Shown: in pieces, positions 29,353 through 38,909 of the stretch
Layout: each line of letters opens with the position of its first letter
Position numbering within the stretch: the stretch's first letter is position 1
Source: an uncultured Candidatus Rokubacteria bacterium
GTDB taxonomy: Bacteria; Methylomirabilota; Methylomirabilia; Rokubacteriales; CSP1-6
DNA: 64,000 nucleotides
Assembly (NCBI GenBank): GCA_963771355.1
Contig: CAVYTA010000006.1
Span: forward strand, 2,560,001 to 2,624,000
Direction: 5' to 3'
Position numbers and translations under genes: made by a program
Notes under the pieces: generated by a model
Seen by the model: the letters and a program-made list of their open reading frames with translations, nothing else
Told to the model about the DNA's origin: nothing
The model's database searches: none

Positions 29353-30235
29353 AGACCGGCTCGAGGGCGTGCTCCACCCGCAGGCCGCGCTGCTGCGCCG
29401 GCCCGCCTGGAACCGGTCCCTCCGCCGGGTGTCCCGGAGCACGGTGGTGGTGGCGGGCGCGATCTGCGCCGTCCTCATCATCGGCATCGCGCTGTTCGCC
29501 AATGCGCTGGCGCCCTACCCGCCCGACGAGCAGAATTTCGACCTCATCGAGACCCCGCCCAGCGGGAAGGCGCTCTTCGGCACCGACCGCTTCGGCCGTG
29601 ACGTGCTGAGCCGGGTCATCCACGGCTCGCGCATCTCGCTCTACGTGGCGACGGTCTCCATCTCCATCGCGATGCTGGCGGGCGGCGCGCTCGGGCTCAC
29701 CGCCGGCTATCTCGGCGGCGCCTGGGACAACGGGATCAACCGCGTGCTCGACGTCTTCTTCAGCGTGCCCGGCCTCCTCCTCTCCGTGGGCATCGCGGCC
29801 ATGCGCGGCCCGGGCGTGAACAGCGCGGTCATCGCCATCGCCATCGTGTACATCCCGCTCCTCGCCCGCGTGATGCGCGCGCCGGTGCTCGCCGAGCGCG
29901 AGAAGGAGTACGTGGAGGCCATCCGCGCCCTGGGCGCCACCCGCTGGGTGGTGGCCCTCAAGCACGTCCTGCCCAACGTGCTCTCGCCCTTCGTCGTGCA
30001 GGGCACCGTCGCGTTCTCCCAGGCCATTCTCATCGAGGCCTCCCTGAGCTATCTCGGGCTCTCCGCCCAGCCCCCGACGCCCTCCTGGGGCAATATGCTG
30101 AACGAGGGGCGCACCTATCTCGAGACCGCCCCCTGGATCTCCGTGTTCCCCGGCATTGCCATCATGGTCGCCGTCCTCGCCTTCAACCTGCTGGGCGACG
30201 GCCTGCGCGACGTCCTCGACCCCAACGAGCAGTGA
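29348..30235 (+). CDS. Peptide/nickel ABC permease (DppC-like)
   Basis: FGTDRFGRDVLSR, EYVEAIRALGA, HVLPN, PSWG, NLLGDGLRD. Confidence 0.93.
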   Translation: MEDRLEGVLHPQAALLRRPAWNRSLRRVSRSTVVVAGAICAVLIIGIALFANALAPYPPDEQNFDLIETPPSGKALFGTDRFGRDVLSRVIHGSRISLYVATVSISIAMLAGGALGLTAGYLGGAWDNGINRVLDVFFSVPGLLLSVGIAAMRGPGVNSAVIAIAIVYIPLLARVMRAPVLAEREKEYVEAIRALGATRWVVALKHVLPNVLSPFVVQGTVAFSQAILIEASLSYLGLSAQPPTPSWGNMLNEGRTYLETAPWISVFPGIAIMVAVLAFNLLGDGLRDVLDPNEQ

Positions 30236-30257
30236 TCACCGCAGAGGAGGGCACCCC

Positions 30258-31826
30258 ATGACCAGCAAGGATCCCGCGCCCCGCGAATCGAACCACCTGA
30301 GCCGCCGCCAGCTCCTCCAGGCGAGCGGCCTCACCCTCGGCACCCTCGCCCTCGGCCGCACCGCGTTCGGCCAGACCCCGAAGGCGGGGGGGACGTTCAT
30401 CTCGGCGCGGACGACCGAAGCCACCGGGCTCGATCCCCAGCTGGTGCCGGCGTTCTCGCGGAGCGCCCGCTCGCCCATGATGTACAACCAGCTCGTCCGC
30501 TTCGAGCCGGACATGACCCCGGTGCCGGAGCTGGCCGAGTCGTGGGAGGTCAGCAAGGACGGCTTGACCTGGACGTTCAAGCTGCGGCAAGGCGTGAAGT
30601 TCCACGACGGGCAGGAGCTCACCTCCGAGGACGTGAAGTTCACCTTCGATCGCCTGTTCGAGAAGTCGCCGGGCAAGTCCGACTTCATCGCCGTCGACAA
30701 GGTCGAGCCCGCGGGCAAGTACGGGGTCAAGTTCATCACCAAGGAGCCGTTCGCCGGGCTGCTCGCCGCCCTGGGTGGGTTCTGGGGCTTCATCATCAGC
30801 GAGGCCGGGATCAAGAAGCACGGCGACCTCAACAAGGCCGCCGTCGGCACCGGGCCCTTCATGCTGGACGACTGGAAGGTCGAACAGCAGATGACGCTCA
30901 AGCGGAACCCCAGCTACTTCAAGAAGGGGCTGCCCTACGTCGACGGGGTGCTCCTGCGCGTCATCCCCGACGAGGCCAACATCGTCGCCGCCCTGCGTAC
31001 CGGGCAGATCCATCACGCCTTCATCGAGGACAACAAGAACTTCAACCTCCTCAAGGACGAGAAGTCGCTCACCGGCTACCGCTCCTCGCGGCTGGGGTAC
31101 GACTTCCTCAACATCAACGCCTCGCGCGGCCCCCTCAAGGACGTGCGAGTACGTCAGGCCATCTCGTGGGCGGTGGACCGCGCGCAGGTGATGCGGGTGG
31201 CCGCGTCGAGCTTCGGCCGCCTCACGCCACCGGCCACCGCGCCCATGAAGCAGTGGCAGCTCCCCGAGGATAAGTGGATGCCGTACTACCGCCCGGACGT
31301 GGAGAAGGCCAAGAAGCTCATGGCCGATGCGGGCCACGCCGCCGGATTCACCGTGAAGCTCGGCGTGATCCCCACCTTCCCGACCATGGTCTCCGGAGCC
31401 CCCGTCATCGCCGCCCAGCTCAAGCGGATCGGCATCAACGCCGAGATCGAGAACGTGGAGTACGCGATCTGGATCAAGCGCTGGCAGGCCAAGGACTTCG
31501 ACCTCACCATGAACACCACGCCGGGCTACGCCGATCCCGACACCGCCTTCTTCCGCGCGCTGCACTCGACCAAGGGACAGAACTGGAACTCCTGGAGCGT
31601 GCCGGACCTCGACGCGATGCTGGAGGAGGGCCGCCGCACCATGGACTTCCGGCGGCGGAAGGAGATCTACGATCGCGTCCAGATCATGATCCTGGAGCAC
31701 GTGCCGCACCTCTGGCTCTTCTCCGCCGACACCATCGACTTCACCCAGACGGCGGTGAAGGGTTTCCGGCAGCATCCGACCACCCTGCTCTACGGCTTCG
31801 AGGGCGTCTGGCTCGACAAGGCGTAG
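30258..31826 (+). CDS. Family 5 ABC substrate-binding protein, Tat signal
   Basis: SRRQLL; LAESWE, FKLRQGVKFHDG, GTGPF, VRVRQAI. Confidence 0.92.
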   Translation: MTSKDPAPRESNHLSRRQLLQASGLTLGTLALGRTAFGQTPKAGGTFISARTTEATGLDPQLVPAFSRSARSPMMYNQLVRFEPDMTPVPELAESWEVSKDGLTWTFKLRQGVKFHDGQELTSEDVKFTFDRLFEKSPGKSDFIAVDKVEPAGKYGVKFITKEPFAGLLAALGGFWGFIISEAGIKKHGDLNKAAVGTGPFMLDDWKVEQQMTLKRNPSYFKKGLPYVDGVLLRVIPDEANIVAALRTGQIHHAFIEDNKNFNLLKDEKSLTGYRSSRLGYDFLNINASRGPLKDVRVRQAISWAVDRAQVMRVAASSFGRLTPPATAPMKQWQLPEDKWMPYYRPDVEKAKKLMADAGHAAGFTVKLGVIPTFPTMVSGAPVIAAQLKRIGINAEIENVEYAIWIKRWQAKDFDLTMNTTPGYADPDTAFFRALHSTKGQNWNSWSVPDLDAMLEEGRRTMDFRRRKEIYDRVQIMILEHVPHLWLFSADTIDFTQTAVKGFRQHPTTLLYGFEGVWLDKA

Positions 31827-31832
31827 AACCGC

Positions 31833-32786
31833 GTGACCCGTTATCTGATCGTCCGGCTGTACTCGATGGCCCTGACCCTGGTGGGGCTGACGGTGCTGAT
31901 CTTTCTCATGCTGCGGCTCATCCCGGGCACGGTGGTGGAGCAGATGATCGGCGCGGACGCGATCGCCAGCCCCGCCATGGTGGCGCAGCTCAAGGCCTTC
32001 TTCGGCCTGGACCAGCCCTGGTACCTGCAATACGGGCGCTGGATCGGCCAGCTCTTCCAGGGGGACCTGGGCACCTCCTGGCGCACCGGCAAGCCGGTGG
32101 TCGGCCTCATCCTCGAGCGCCTGCCGGTGACGCTCGAGCTCACCATGCTCGCGGTGGTGTTCGCGCTGGCGCTGGGAATGCCGGCGGGCGTGCTGTCCGC
32201 CGTTCGCCGCAACGGCGCGCTCGACAACATCACGCGGGTGGGCACCCTCCTCGGGCTCTCGGTGCCGGTGTTCTGGCAGGGCACCATGCTCATCCTGTTC
32301 TTCTCGCTCTATCTCCGCTGGATGCCGCCGGTGGTGTGGGTGGACTTCTTCACCGACCCCCGGCGCAACCTGACCATCATGCTCCTGCCCGCCCTCTGCC
32401 TCGGCACCGCGGCGGCGGCCAACATCGCGCGCACCACGCGCGCCTGCATGCTCGACGTGCTCCGCTCCGAGTACATTCGCACCGCCTCCGCCAAGGGGCT
32501 CGCCCGCGGCGCGGTGATCCTCAAGCACGCGCTCCGCAACGCGCTCATCCCGGTGGTGACGGTGGTGGGGTTGCAGATGGGCATCCTCCTCGGCGGCACC
32601 GTGGTGGTGGAGGAGGTGTTCACCCTGCCGGGGGTGGGGAGGCTGGTGCTCTGGTCCATCTACCAGCGCGACTATCCCCTCACCCAGAGCACCATCCTCT
32701 TCATCGCCTTCCTGTTCATGTCGCTGAACCTGATGGTCGACCTCGTCTACGGCTACCTGGATCCCCGGATCCGCTACAGCCGCTGA
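31833..32786 (+). CDS. Peptide/nickel ABC permease (DppB-like)
   Basis: GDLGTS, RLPVTLEL, YIRTASAKG, KHALRNA, RDYP, LDPRIR. Confidence 0.93.
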   Translation: MTRYLIVRLYSMALTLVGLTVLIFLMLRLIPGTVVEQMIGADAIASPAMVAQLKAFFGLDQPWYLQYGRWIGQLFQGDLGTSWRTGKPVVGLILERLPVTLELTMLAVVFALALGMPAGVLSAVRRNGALDNITRVGTLLGLSVPVFWQGTMLILFFSLYLRWMPPVVWVDFFTDPRRNLTIMLLPALCLGTAAAANIARTTRACMLDVLRSEYIRTASAKGLARGAVILKHALRNALIPVVTVVGLQMGILLGGTVVVEEVFTLPGVGRLVLWSIYQRDYPLTQSTILFIAFLFMSLNLMVDLVYGYLDPRIRYSR

Positions 32787-32802
32787 CCCAGGAGGCAATC
32801 CC

Positions 32803-33894
32803 ATGCGTGCGTCGGTTCTCTTCGAGCAGGGCAAGCCGCTCCGCGTGGAGGACGTGGAGCTCGAGGCCCCGCGGGTGGGCGAGGTGCTGGTCCGCATGAC
32901 GGCGAGCGGCGTCTGCCATAGCTGCCTGCACGCCGCCGACGGGAGCTGGCAGGGCGTGCCGGTTCCCATCGTGCTGGGCGACGAGGGCGCCGGGGTGGTG
33001 GAAGCGCTCGGCGCCGGCGTGGTCGGGCTCGCGCCGGGCGACCACGTCATCCTGTCCTGGGCACCCACCTGCGGCCGCTGTCATTTCTGTGTGATCGGCC
33101 GGCCCAACCTCTGCGAGCGCCGGCAGCCCGGGCGCGGGGTGCTGCCCGACGGGACCACGCGGATGACGCTCAACGGTCAATCGGTCTACTCCTACGGGCA
33201 CGTGGCCACATACGCCTCGCGCACGGTGGTCCACGAGTCCTGCGCCATCCGCATCGACCCCGCCATGCCGCTGGACCGCGCGGCCCTCGTCGGCTGCTCG
33301 GTGATGACGGGCGTGGGCGCGGTGATCAATACCGCCGCGGTACCGCCGGGCGCGAGCATGGCCGTGTTCGGCGTGGGCGGCGTGGGGCTCAACGTCATCC
33401 AGGGCGGCGCCCTGGTGGCGGCGCATCCCATCATCGCGGTCGACGTGGTGGCCGCCAAGCTGGAGCATGCCCGCGCCCTCGGTGCCACCCATCTCGTCGA
33501 CGCCTCGAGGGAAGACCCGGTGGCGGCCATCCGCCGCCTCACCGGCCGCGGCGCCGACTTCACCTTCGTGGCGGTGGGCGCCACCCGCCCCGTCGGCCAG
33601 GCCATCGAGGCGCTGTCGCCCGGCGGCACCTGCGTGCTCATCGGGGTGCCCGAGTCCGGCGCCACCCTCCCGCTCGACGTGCGCCCGATGGTGACCGGCG
33701 AGCGCGTCGTCCGCGGCTCGAGCTATGGCAGCGCGCGCACGCGCGAGGACCTGCCCCGGCTGGTCAACCTCTACCTGGCGGGCAAGCTCCGCATCGACGA
33801 GCTGATCAACCGTCGCTATGGCCTCGACGAGGCCAACGAAGCCTTTCGGGCGCTGGCCGCGGGCGAGCTCGCGCGCGGGCTCATCGTCTTCTGA
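32803..33894 (+). CDS. Zn-dependent alcohol dehydrogenase
   Basis: GVCHS, GDEGAG (GHE normally), CGRCHFC..C, GCSVMTG, GVGGVG. Confidence 0.9.
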   Translation: MRASVLFEQGKPLRVEDVELEAPRVGEVLVRMTASGVCHSCLHAADGSWQGVPVPIVLGDEGAGVVEALGAGVVGLAPGDHVILSWAPTCGRCHFCVIGRPNLCERRQPGRGVLPDGTTRMTLNGQSVYSYGHVATYASRTVVHESCAIRIDPAMPLDRAALVGCSVMTGVGAVINTAAVPPGASMAVFGVGGVGLNVIQGGALVAAHPIIAVDVVAAKLEHARALGATHLVDASREDPVAAIRRLTGRGADFTFVAVGATRPVGQAIEALSPGGTCVLIGVPESGATLPLDVRPMVTGERVVRGSSYGSARTREDLPRLVNLYLAGKLRIDELINRRYGLDEANEAFRALAAGELARGLIVF

Positions 33895-34343
33895 TGCGCG
33901 AGCTCGTCTTCGCGCTCGAGTTCCACGGCCGCGGCGAGGCGGTGCCGGGATCGTCGACCCTACGCCAGGCGCGCACCACCGCGCCCAGCCAGGCCTTCCG
34001 CACCGCACTCGCCGCCGACGGCATCCACACGGCGGCGGAGCCGATCGCGGGCGAGACCGCCGTGCTCGAGTCCCGCGTCGAGCGCTTCCCCGACGGCACC
34101 TTCGTCGAGGACGGCACCATCACCTATGGACGCGCCGGCCGCCTCACCTTCGTCACGGTGGGCCACGGTCACGTGGGACCGAGCCCGCAGCCGGGCCGGG
34201 TGCACGGCACCGTGATGTGGCGGGTGACCGGCGGCGAGGGCGGGCTGGCCGGCGCCCAGGGGCTCATCACGTCCAACTTCACCGTCACCGCGGACGGCGA
34301 GGTGATCGACGACCACTTCACGCGGCTCTTTCTACCCGACTAG
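33894..34343 (+). CDS. Uncharacterised 149-aa beta-rich protein, dirigent/AOC-barrel-like; paralogue of 57455-57904
   Basis: TGATG coupling to the ADH; WRVTGGEGGLAGAQG motif; gapless alignment to the second copy. Confidence 0.8.
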   Translation: MRELVFALEFHGRGEAVPGSSTLRQARTTAPSQAFRTALAADGIHTAAEPIAGETAVLESRVERFPDGTFVEDGTITYGRAGRLTFVTVGHGHVGPSPQPGRVHGTVMWRVTGGEGGLAGAQGLITSNFTVTADGEVIDDHFTRLFLPD

Positions 34344-34353
34344 GAGGCGTGCC

Positions 34354-35130
34354 ATGTGCTTCGATTCCGACTCTCGACCCCCCATTCACCCGATCTTCGG
34401 CGGCGCCACCGACGCGCGCGACCTCCGGCTCACCTCCGCCGACGGCACGCGCTTCATGGCCTATGCCGCGCGGGCGACCAGCCCCACCGGCGCGGGCATG
34501 ATCGTGATCCCCGACGTGCGCGGGCTACACCAGTACTACAAGGAGCTGGCGCTGCGCTTCGCGGAGGCGGGGGTGGACGCGGTTGCCATCGACTTCTTCG
34601 CGCGCACCGCGCCGAGCGACGACCGGAGCGATAAATTCGACTTCATGAGCCAGGTGCCGCTCACCACGCCGGAGACGCTCCAGGCCGACATCGCGGCGGC
34701 GGCCGCCTATCTCCGCGGGCGCGAGGGCGGCGGCGTGCGCTCGCTCTTCTCGGTGGGGTTCTGCTTCGGCGGCGCCCTGTCCTATCTCCAGGCCGCCAGC
34801 GGCCTCGGCTATGCCGGGGTCATCGGCTTCTACGGCTGGCCGCTCGGCCTCAAGCGCTGGCCGGATCGGCCTCGCCCCATCGACGCGGTGCCCCGCTATG
34901 CCAATCCGGTCCAGTCCGTCTGGGGCGGCGCCGACGAGGGTATCCCCCCGAGCGCCATCGAGGAGTTCGACGGCGCCTGCCAGAAGGCGCGCGTGGCGCA
35001 TGACTCCAAGGTGTATCCCGGCGCGCCACACAGCTTCTTCGACCGCAAGCAGACGGAGTTCGCGGAGGCTTCCGCGGATGCGTGGAGCCGGGTGAAGAGC
35101 TTCGTGGGGCGAAACACCAAGGCGGCCTAG
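34354..35130 (+). CDS. Dienelactone hydrolase family protein
   Basis: PDVRGL, VGFCFGG, FYG, GGAD, YPGAPHSF; GGAGG RBS. Confidence 0.9.
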   Translation: MCFDSDSRPPIHPIFGGATDARDLRLTSADGTRFMAYAARATSPTGAGMIVIPDVRGLHQYYKELALRFAEAGVDAVAIDFFARTAPSDDRSDKFDFMSQVPLTTPETLQADIAAAAAYLRGREGGGVRSLFSVGFCFGGALSYLQAASGLGYAGVIGFYGWPLGLKRWPDRPRPIDAVPRYANPVQSVWGGADEGIPPSAIEEFDGACQKARVAHDSKVYPGAPHSFFDRKQTEFAEASADAWSRVKSFVGRNTKAA

Positions 35131-37463
35131 GCCGGGCGCGCGGCGGCCTCCGCCTGGGCCGCGATGGCCAGCGCGATGCGCTCCGGGGTCAGCGGCAGCT
35201 CGGTGAGGCGGACGCCCGTCGCGTCCTGGATGGCGTTGGCGATGGCGGCGGGGGCGGGGATGATGGGCGGCTCGCCCACGCCCCGCGCCCCGAAGGGCCC
35301 GGAGGGCGACGGCACCTCCACGATGATGGTCTCGATATTGGGCAGGTCGGCGGCGGTGAGCTTGCGGTAGTCGAGCAGGCTCGGGTTGGTGAGCCGCCCG
35401 ACGTCGTCGAAGGCCAGCGCCTCGGTGAGCGCCATGCCCAGGCTCTGGACGGCGCCGCCCTGCATCTGACCCTCCACCCCGAGGGGATTGATGGCGCATC
35501 CCACGTCCTGGACCACCACGAAGCCGTGGAGGGTGAGCTCGCCGGTGTCCGCGTCCACCTCGATGCGCGCGAGCTGCGCGGCGAAGCCCGGTGCCTGCTG
35601 GGAGAAGGCGGGATGGCTCACGCCCAGCACCGGCTCGATCTTGGACATGTAGAGGTTGCCCTTCTTGCCGATGGAGGCCAGCGTGGTGGAGCGATCAGGC
35701 ACGCCGCGCACCACCACCTTGCCGTCCTCGATCTCGAGGTCGTGGAAGGACGCCTCCAGCTCCTTGGCCGCGATCGTGAGCGTCTGCTTTCGCGCGTCCT
35801 TGGCCGCCTCCATCACCGCCACCCCGACGGTGTAGATGGTCTTGCTGCCCGCGCTGAGTCCGGTGACCGGCGCCACATCGGTGTCGCCGGTGGTGATGCG
35901 CACCTTGTCGATGTCCACGCCGTAGGCGGACGCCGCGATCTGCGCCAGCGCGATATTGGTGCCCGCGATGTCCACCTGGCCGGTGAGGACGCTCAGCGAG
36001 CCGTCGGGATTGAGCCGCACGGTAGCCCCGGTGGGCTGGAGCCCGCCGAGCCAGCCGCCCACCGCGAGGCCGGTGCCGCGCAGCCCGTGCCCGTCGCGAT
36101 TACCGCTCTTGGCCCAGGCCGCCCGCTCCGTCCAGAACGGGTGCTGGGCCACCCGCTCCAGCACCTGCTTGCCGCCATTGCTCTGCCAGGGCTGGTCGTT
36201 CACCATCGGGTCGCCTTCCTGGATCATGTGACGCCGGCGGAACTCGACGGGATCGAGGCCTAGCGTCCGCGCGATCTGCTCCATGTGCGACTCGATGGCG
36301 AAGATGGTCTGCGGCGCCACCGGCGCGCGATAGGCGGCCACGCTCGGCTTGTGGGTGAGCACCTCGAAGCCGCGGATGTCGAAGGCGGGCCACTTGTACA
36401 TGCTGCCCAGGAACACCGCGCTCACCGCGAGCACCGCGCCGGAAAACGCGCCGGACTCGATCACGGTCTCCGCGTCGAGCGCCATCAGGGTGCCGTCCTT
36501 CTTCACTCCGGTCTTGAGCCGGATGATCACCTGCGGGGCGGGCATGCCCGCCTCCAGCTCTTCCCGCCGGGTCATCACGTAGCGTACCGGGCGCTTGGTC
36601 ACGCGGGAAAGCTCCGCAGTGATGGGCTCGCACAGCGCGCGGATCTTGCCGCCGAAGCCGCCGCCGCACTCCATGGGAATGACGCGGATCCGGTTCTCCT
36701 CGAGGCCCAGCACGTCCGCCACCTCGGAACGGGTGTTGAACGAGCCCTGGGTGCTGGCCCAGAGCGTGAGGAGCCCGTTGCGATCCCACTCCGCCAGCAC
36801 CGCGTGGGCCTCCAGATAGCCCTGGTGGACCATGGGCACCCGGTAGGTCTTCTCCAGCACGAGGTCCGACTCGGCGAAGCCCTTGGCCGCGTCGCCGCGG
36901 TGCACGCGGGACTGCTGAGCGATGTTCACCGCCTTGGCGGGTCCGGTGGCCTCGTTCTTGAGCGCCACCGCCGAGTGCGCGAGCGCCTCGCTGGTGTCGG
37001 CCTCGGTGCCCGCATCCGCCACCGGCGGCGCGCCGGGCTGCATGGACTTCAGCGGATCCACCGAGGCGGGCAAGACCTGGTACTCGACCGTGATCAGGTC
37101 CAGGGCCTCCTCGGCAATGGCCAGCTCGTCGGCCGCCACCGCGGCCACCGGCTGCCCCACGAACACCACGCGGTCGATGGCGAGCACGGCATGCGCGCGC
37201 GTGGGCGCCTTCTTCTTGAGCTGCGGCATATCCGCGGCGGTGAGCACCGCGCGTACGCCGGGAAGCGCTTTCGCCCGGGAGGTGTCGATGCGGACGATGC
37301 GGGCATGCGCGTGCGGGCTCCGGAGGAGCTTCGCGTGCAGCAGGCCGCGGGGCTGGAGATCCGCCACGTACTGGACGCGGCCGGTCACCTTCTCGGGCCC
37401 GTCGGGCCGGGGAATCGAGAGGCCGACCCCCTTGACGTCGCGCGTGGTCTTCATCACGGCCAT
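35127..37463 (-). CDS. Xanthine dehydrogenase family molybdopterin-binding subunit
   Basis: DGPEKVTG, RSPHAHA, GGGFGGK, AYRAP, INPLGVEGQMQGG, GARGVGEPP. Confidence 0.92.
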   Translation of the reverse strand: MAVMKTTRDVKGVGLSIPRPDGPEKVTGRVQYVADLQPRGLLHAKLLRSPHAHARIVRIDTSRAKALPGVRAVLTAADMPQLKKKAPTRAHAVLAIDRVVFVGQPVAAVAADELAIAEEALDLITVEYQVLPASVDPLKSMQPGAPPVADAGTEADTSEALAHSAVALKNEATGPAKAVNIAQQSRVHRGDAAKGFAESDLVLEKTYRVPMVHQGYLEAHAVLAEWDRNGLLTLWASTQGSFNTRSEVADVLGLEENRIRVIPMECGGGFGGKIRALCEPITAELSRVTKRPVRYVMTRREELEAGMPAPQVIIRLKTGVKKDGTLMALDAETVIESGAFSGAVLAVSAVFLGSMYKWPAFDIRGFEVLTHKPSVAAYRAPVAPQTIFAIESHMEQIARTLGLDPVEFRRRHMIQEGDPMVNDQPWQSNGGKQVLERVAQHPFWTERAAWAKSGNRDGHGLRGTGLAVGGWLGGLQPTGATVRLNPDGSLSVLTGQVDIAGTNIALAQIAASAYGVDIDKVRITTGDTDVAPVTGLSAGSKTIYTVGVAVMEAAKDARKQTLTIAAKELEASFHDLEIEDGKVVVRGVPDRSTTLASIGKKGNLYMSKIEPVLGVSHPAFSQQAPGFAAQLARIEVDADTGELTLHGFVVVQDVGCAINPLGVEGQMQGGAVQSLGMALTEALAFDDVGRLTNPSLLDYRKLTAADLPNIETIIVEVPSPSGPFGARGVGEPPIIPAPAAIANAIQDATGVRLTELPLTPERIALAIAAQAEAAARPA

Positions 37464-37465
37464 GG

Positions 37466-37951
37466 CTATCTCCCCTTCCCGGCGGCCACGGTACCCGCGG
37501 CCTCGGTGATGGCGTCCAGCATCTTGGTATAGCCGGTGCACCGGCAGAGATTGCCGGCGATCCCGTAACGGATCTCGCTCTCGGTCGGGCGCGGATTCTC
37601 GGCGAGGAGCGCCACCGCCGCCATCAGCACGCCCGGGATGCAGAAGCCACACTGGGGGACGCCCAGGCGGACGAAGGCCTCCTGCAGCGGATGGAGCGTG
37701 TCGTCCTTGGCCAGGCCCTCGATGGTGCGCACGGACCGCCCGCGGGCCTGATGCGCGAGCATCAGGCAGCTCGCCACCAGCTTGCCGTCGACGTGTACCG
37801 AGCACGCGCCGCAGTCGCCGGTGCCGCACCCTTCCTTGGGCCCGGTGAGCCCGAGCTCCTCGCGGAGCACGTCGAGCAACGTCTCGTAGGGGGGGACCAG
37901 CACCTCCACCGCCTCGTCGTTCACGGTGCAGCTCAGGATCTGCTTCGCCAC
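37466..37951 (-). CDS. Xanthine dehydrogenase family 2x[2Fe-2S] subunit
   Basis: GCGTGDCGAC, QCGFC, GNLCRCTGY. Confidence 0.93.
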   Translation of the reverse strand: MAKQILSCTVNDEAVEVLVPPYETLLDVLREELGLTGPKEGCGTGDCGACSVHVDGKLVASCLMLAHQARGRSVRTIEGLAKDDTLHPLQEAFVRLGVPQCGFCIPGVLMAAVALLAENPRPTESEIRYGIAGNLCRCTGYTKMLDAITEAAGTVAAGKGR

Positions 37952-37967
37952 GGGCTCTCCTTCCAGC

Positions 37968-38834
37968 TCAGGCGCCCGCCCGCTCGCGCGCGGTGATGAG
38001 CGTGCGGCGGGTGAGGACGCGGACAAGGTGACGGCGATACTCGGCGGAGCCGCGCTGGTCGCTGATGGGGCTCGCGGCGGACACCGCCAGCGTGGCGGCC
38101 GCCTCGATGCGCTCGGCGGTGAGGGGCTGGCCTTCCAGCGCGTGCTCTGCCTCGGTGGCCCGCACCGGCGTGGGCGCCACCGACGCGAGCGCGATGCGCG
38201 CCTTGGCGCAGACGCCGTCGCCGAGCGTGAGCTGGGAGGCCACCCCTACCACCGCGATGTCGAGCTCGCGCCGCGGCGTATGGCGCAGGTAGTTGCCCCC
38301 GCTGCGCGGGGCGGGCGGGGGGACGATCAGCTCGAGCAGCAGCTCATCGGGGCCGAGCACGGTACGACGGACCCCCTGGAAGAACGACGCCAGCGGCACT
38401 CGGCGCCGACCCTTGGGGCCGATGATCACCGCCTCCGCCTCCAGCGCGATGAGCGGCGGGGCCATGTCCGCGGAGGGCGCGGCATTGCAGAGATTGCCGC
38501 CGACGGTGGCGAGGTTGCGGATCTGGATGGAGCCGACCAGCGCGGCGCTCTCGGCGATGGCGGGATACTCCTTGCAGACGCGCGCGTCCTGCTCCAGCTC
38601 CCGCGCCGTCACCGCCGCGCCGATCCGCAGGCCGCCGGCGCCATCGCGCTCGAGCGCGCGCAGCTCCTTCACGCCGGACAGATCCACCACCAGCGCGGGC
38701 TTGAGGAGGCTGTTCTTGAGCTGGGGCAGGAGATCGGTCCCTCCGGCCACCAGCTTGACGTCCGGCCCATGGCCCGCCATGGCCTTGAGGCAGTCGTCCA
38801 CGCTCGTCGGCAATGCCAGATCGAATCGTCTCAC
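37968..38834 (-). CDS. Xanthine dehydrogenase family FAD-binding subunit
   Basis: AGGTDL, QIRNLATVGGNLCNAAPSAD, PISDQRGSAEYR. Confidence 0.93.
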   Translation of the reverse strand: MRRFDLALPTSVDDCLKAMAGHGPDVKLVAGGTDLLPQLKNSLLKPALVVDLSGVKELRALERDGAGGLRIGAAVTARELEQDARVCKEYPAIAESAALVGSIQIRNLATVGGNLCNAAPSADMAPPLIALEAEAVIIGPKGRRRVPLASFFQGVRRTVLGPDELLLELIVPPPAPRSGGNYLRHTPRRELDIAVVGVASQLTLGDGVCAKARIALASVAPTPVRATEAEHALEGQPLTAERIEAAATLAVSAASPISDQRGSAEYRRHLVRVLTRRTLITARERAGA

Positions 38835-38909
38835 GCGGTATCTCCGGTTCCTGACGCGGGTTGGCTCGGGACAGCAGGCTCGCGAGGGGAGATGTTACCA
38901 TCTGCCGCG

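Noticed and set aside
35127..35130. CTAG recurring at gene ends (here shared by two convergent stops) as an insertion target
   Set aside because: Explained by TAG stop codons preceded by C in a GC-rich genome.
35127..38834. Aerobic CO dehydrogenase (coxMSL)
   Set aside because: The active-site loop is AYRAPVA, not AYxCSFR, and no cox accessory genes are present.
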